Shown: piece by piece, positions 1-64,000 of the stretch | Layout: each line of letters starts with the position of its first letter | Position numbering within the stretch: position 1 is the stretch's first letter | NCBI RefSeq assembly: GCF_006345805.1 | Contig: NC_042998.1 | Span: 85,746,001 to 85,810,000 of the forward strand | DNA from: Octopus sinensis | Lineage: Eukaryota | Direction of reading: 5' to 3' | DNA length: 64,000 bases | Position numbers and translations under genes: made by a program | Notes under the pieces: generated by a model | Database searches by the model: none | What the model was told of the DNA's origin: nothing | What the model saw: only the letters and a program-made list of their open reading frames with translations

Positions 1-486
1 GAGAAGGGCATCCAGCTGTAAAAACCCTGCTAAAACAGACAGTGAAACCTGGTGCAGTCTTCTGCCTAGTTAGCTTCTCTCAAACTATTCTAACCATGCC
101 AGCATAAAAGATGGCCGTTAAATGATGACAAGATGATAGTGTCTGTTTCCTTGATCTACCAACATTCTCCATTCCATTCTAAAACCACAACTTACAGGAT
201 GTTAGTTGCTCTCCCACCACTGCTCTCAGTACCACTGAACAGTTTGTGCAGGATTATTTTTTTTTGTTTTAGAACTTCCTTTGGAATTTCCTTATCTCTA
301 ACTCTTCAACTTGAATATTAATTACACTAACTTCTTGTCTAGAAAGAACAAAACAATCGCCAATTTTCATTAAACTAACTAATGTAAAAAACGTCTGTGT
401 GTATGTATAAAGTTTTGCATTTATCATTTATCAGCTAAATGATATTCTACCTATGATATTACTAGATTGTTTAATTGCAGATAAAT

Positions 487-61565
<61,079 letters not shown>

Positions 61566-62113
61566 AGACCCGAAAGTGCACATACTGTGTTAGAATAACT
61601 GTTTCACTGGTACTGTTAATGCATTTACCAAACTCTGACTCGGTTCAAATAATAACTAAAAATAACAAAAATACCGTAACATTCTCCAACACACCATTCT
61701 ATAACAGTCTTCAAACGGAATTTGTTTCTAAAAAAAGAAAAGATAATTATAATAATAATAATAGTTGATAAAAGATTGCTATTGTGTACAAATAGACAGG
61801 TTATATTTATAGCCTATGTTAAAAGGAATCAGAAACTCGTAAGAGATGTTTGTATTGCAAGTGATGCTTTATATTGTAAAATATCTTTTCAAAAATATTC
61901 AAATTGGAATTACTGCATTATATATGTTATTGTTCTGAGTTAAAGCCTGTGTATGTAAATAGGATTATTGCAGCCTTAAATTTAAAATACAAACAATGTT
62001 AATACTGGATTAAAGCTTGATTTTAATTTTATATAATTTTTATCCATTTCTTTTTTCATTTTTTTTTTTGTCTCTAGAATGATATATTTTGTTCAGTTAA
62101 GGCTGTAAAGATC

Positions 62114-62119
62114 AATAAA
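62114..62119 (+). promoter_or_regulatory. Probable TFG polyadenylation signal
   Basis: AATAAA about 550 nt after the stop codon in a U-rich UTR. A second AATAAA is at 62416. Confidence 0.45.
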
Positions 62120-63149
62120 CAGTTGTTGATGTATACATCTTATTGAGTATATTATTGTATAATCTATTTACCTTATAAGGAAAAAACTGAAAAAGAAAAA
62201 AAAAAAAAGCAAAACATGTTCATAAATGGCACAGTTGACTACTTTATTTTTTTTTTTTCTTGTGTCTTATCAAACAGTTTTAATTTATTGTATTTCAGTA
62301 CAATCATTGTTAAGTTTTTGTATCAGTGATAATGGAGTTCTCTTTTACTACTCCTTCTGAAAAGATGTGTGTGTGGTGGTTATCATGTTGATCACTAAAT
62401 TGAAATGTTTTTAGAAATAAAAAATGAAAGCAAAAATTAAAAAAAAAACCTTAATATTATAAAGATTGAATTATTTTAAAAGTATTTCCTTGCGAATTAG
62501 TTTTCTTCTGTATTTGAAATATTTAAAAATTGATGTCTATTATTATTCACAAGGAACTTTTATAGGGGCTGGGATTTCTTCTATTATCCACTAACAAATC
62601 TTAGAGAGGGCTGTGTATGGTTGACTGAATTGACTCCAGTATTATTACTGATACTTCTTTTATTAACACTGGTGGAATTTGAACTTAGAATGTAACCAGG
62701 TTGGACTAAATACTATTATGCTATTTAGTCCAACATCCTGTTTGTTTTATCCACTTCATTGTCTTGTAAAAGTTTATTGACAGCATTCATGTTGTTTAAA
62801 GTTATCTCATATCACCTAATGGGTGAGTATATATAGCTGCATCAACAGAATATGAACTGGCAGTTCACATCTTCTCACCAGTACAACATTGAGTCGATGA
62901 ACAAGACACTTAATTCTCAATACTTGAATCCAGTTAATACTATATAGGTACTACTGTTTTAAACCATTGTAAATGAGACATTTAACTGTAAACACGTTAG
63001 TTAATTCTATGTAGGTACTTCTCAATGATATTATTCACTGCTGTTAACAAATATTCAATTCTCAATGCTTAAGTTCAGTTAATTATATATAGTTATGGAT
63101 GATGGTTGTTCTTCATGTCTGGCGAGCATGAGGAAGAACAACAAGCCCT

Positions 63150-63500
63150 TAAATGGATATGTAAACCAATCTTTGAACAACAGGCTCTGGCACACTTGTG
63201 GAAGATACATAGGTTTTGATCAGATGGGGGTTGTAACAATGATTCTTGCCTTCTTTAGTGTTTCTCATCCACTGCAGTTGCTCTGGCCTTCTCAACATTA
63301 CTTGCAGTGGTCTGAAAGCAACCTTAGCTGCTTTAACGAAGTTAAACATGACTGTTTGGAGGACTTCCTGTATGTGTGCTAGAAGAGCACAGTCATCTGC
63401 AAACAACAGGTCAAGGATGAGCTCCTCCAGTGTTTTTGTGCAAACAAAGAGCTGTTGAAGGTTGAATATGTTCCCATCACCGTTGAAATGGATGTAGATG
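63150..63500 (-). mobile_element. RTE/BovB-like LINE RT fragment
   Basis: DGNIFNLQQL...TKTLEELILDLLFADDCALLAH resembles the BovB-type RT around the xADD motif. Confidence 0.8.
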
Positions 63501-64000
63501 GCTGCCCACAGTACCATGCTAAAGAAGATTGCAAAGAGAAGTACTATTTTGTTATAATTCACTGCTGTAAACAGGATATTTGATTCTCAACACTTGAGTT
63601 TAGTTCATTCTTTGTATGTGCAACAGGTGGTATAATTCACAACTCTAAACAATAGCTGCTTTGTAAAATTTAAGGATCCATTGTCCTACAATGCTGAATT
63701 TCATTACTCCTGTAGAGAAAGTTATTTGCAGTAGACTGCTGTTTCATCTAGCGGAAGATTTAATTTGCTTAATGCCATAAATTAGGAAACCAGAGATTAA
63801 GAGGGCCATGAAAAGAGTACTTTTAATGTACTGGGATTACTGAAGTAACTGTAAGATAAATTTCAATATAGTTCTATTAATATGGTGGAATGTGTTTAAA
63901 TTACAAATACTATACTGCATCTAAAAGTGATGTTGAAAATGTGTTAAGTTAAATATTAACTTATTTAAAATAATAAACCCTTTAAGTGTTATATAGGATA

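Overview
Eukaryotic, AT-rich, microsatellite- and retroposon-dense DNA. The repeat landscape suggests a coleoid cephalopod such as Octopus, but this is an inference. The window is almost entirely one plus-strand gene, TFG (TRK-fused gene, an ER-exit-site/COPII scaffold). Its seven coding exons are 487-679, 4481-4564, 8260-8406, 9357-9515, 14453-14818, 22999-23318 and 61368-61565; they splice in frame to a 488-aa protein (PB1, coiled coil, P/Q-rich tail). The introns hold RTE- and CR1-type LINE fragments, several tRNA-derived SINE families, Himar1-like mariners, a DD37D maT element, hAT-Charlie and piggyBac-type MITEs, and long microsatellites. The first unusual feature is an unannotated 56%-GC island at 43153-43401 in the 38-kb last intron. 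It has a good acceptor and is in frame with exon 6, so it may be an alternative terminal exon that replaces the conserved C-terminus. The second is a young RTE-type LINE whose 3' UTR is a 2.0-2.4 kb nested tandem array of hairpin modules. It is present twice (26129-28110 and 54376-57523) with different monomer counts, and other copies in the window have shorter or independently amplified UTRs. There are also several long intronic fold-backs that could be dsRNA/ADAR substrates. No CRISPR array, rRNA or genuine tRNA gene is supported.
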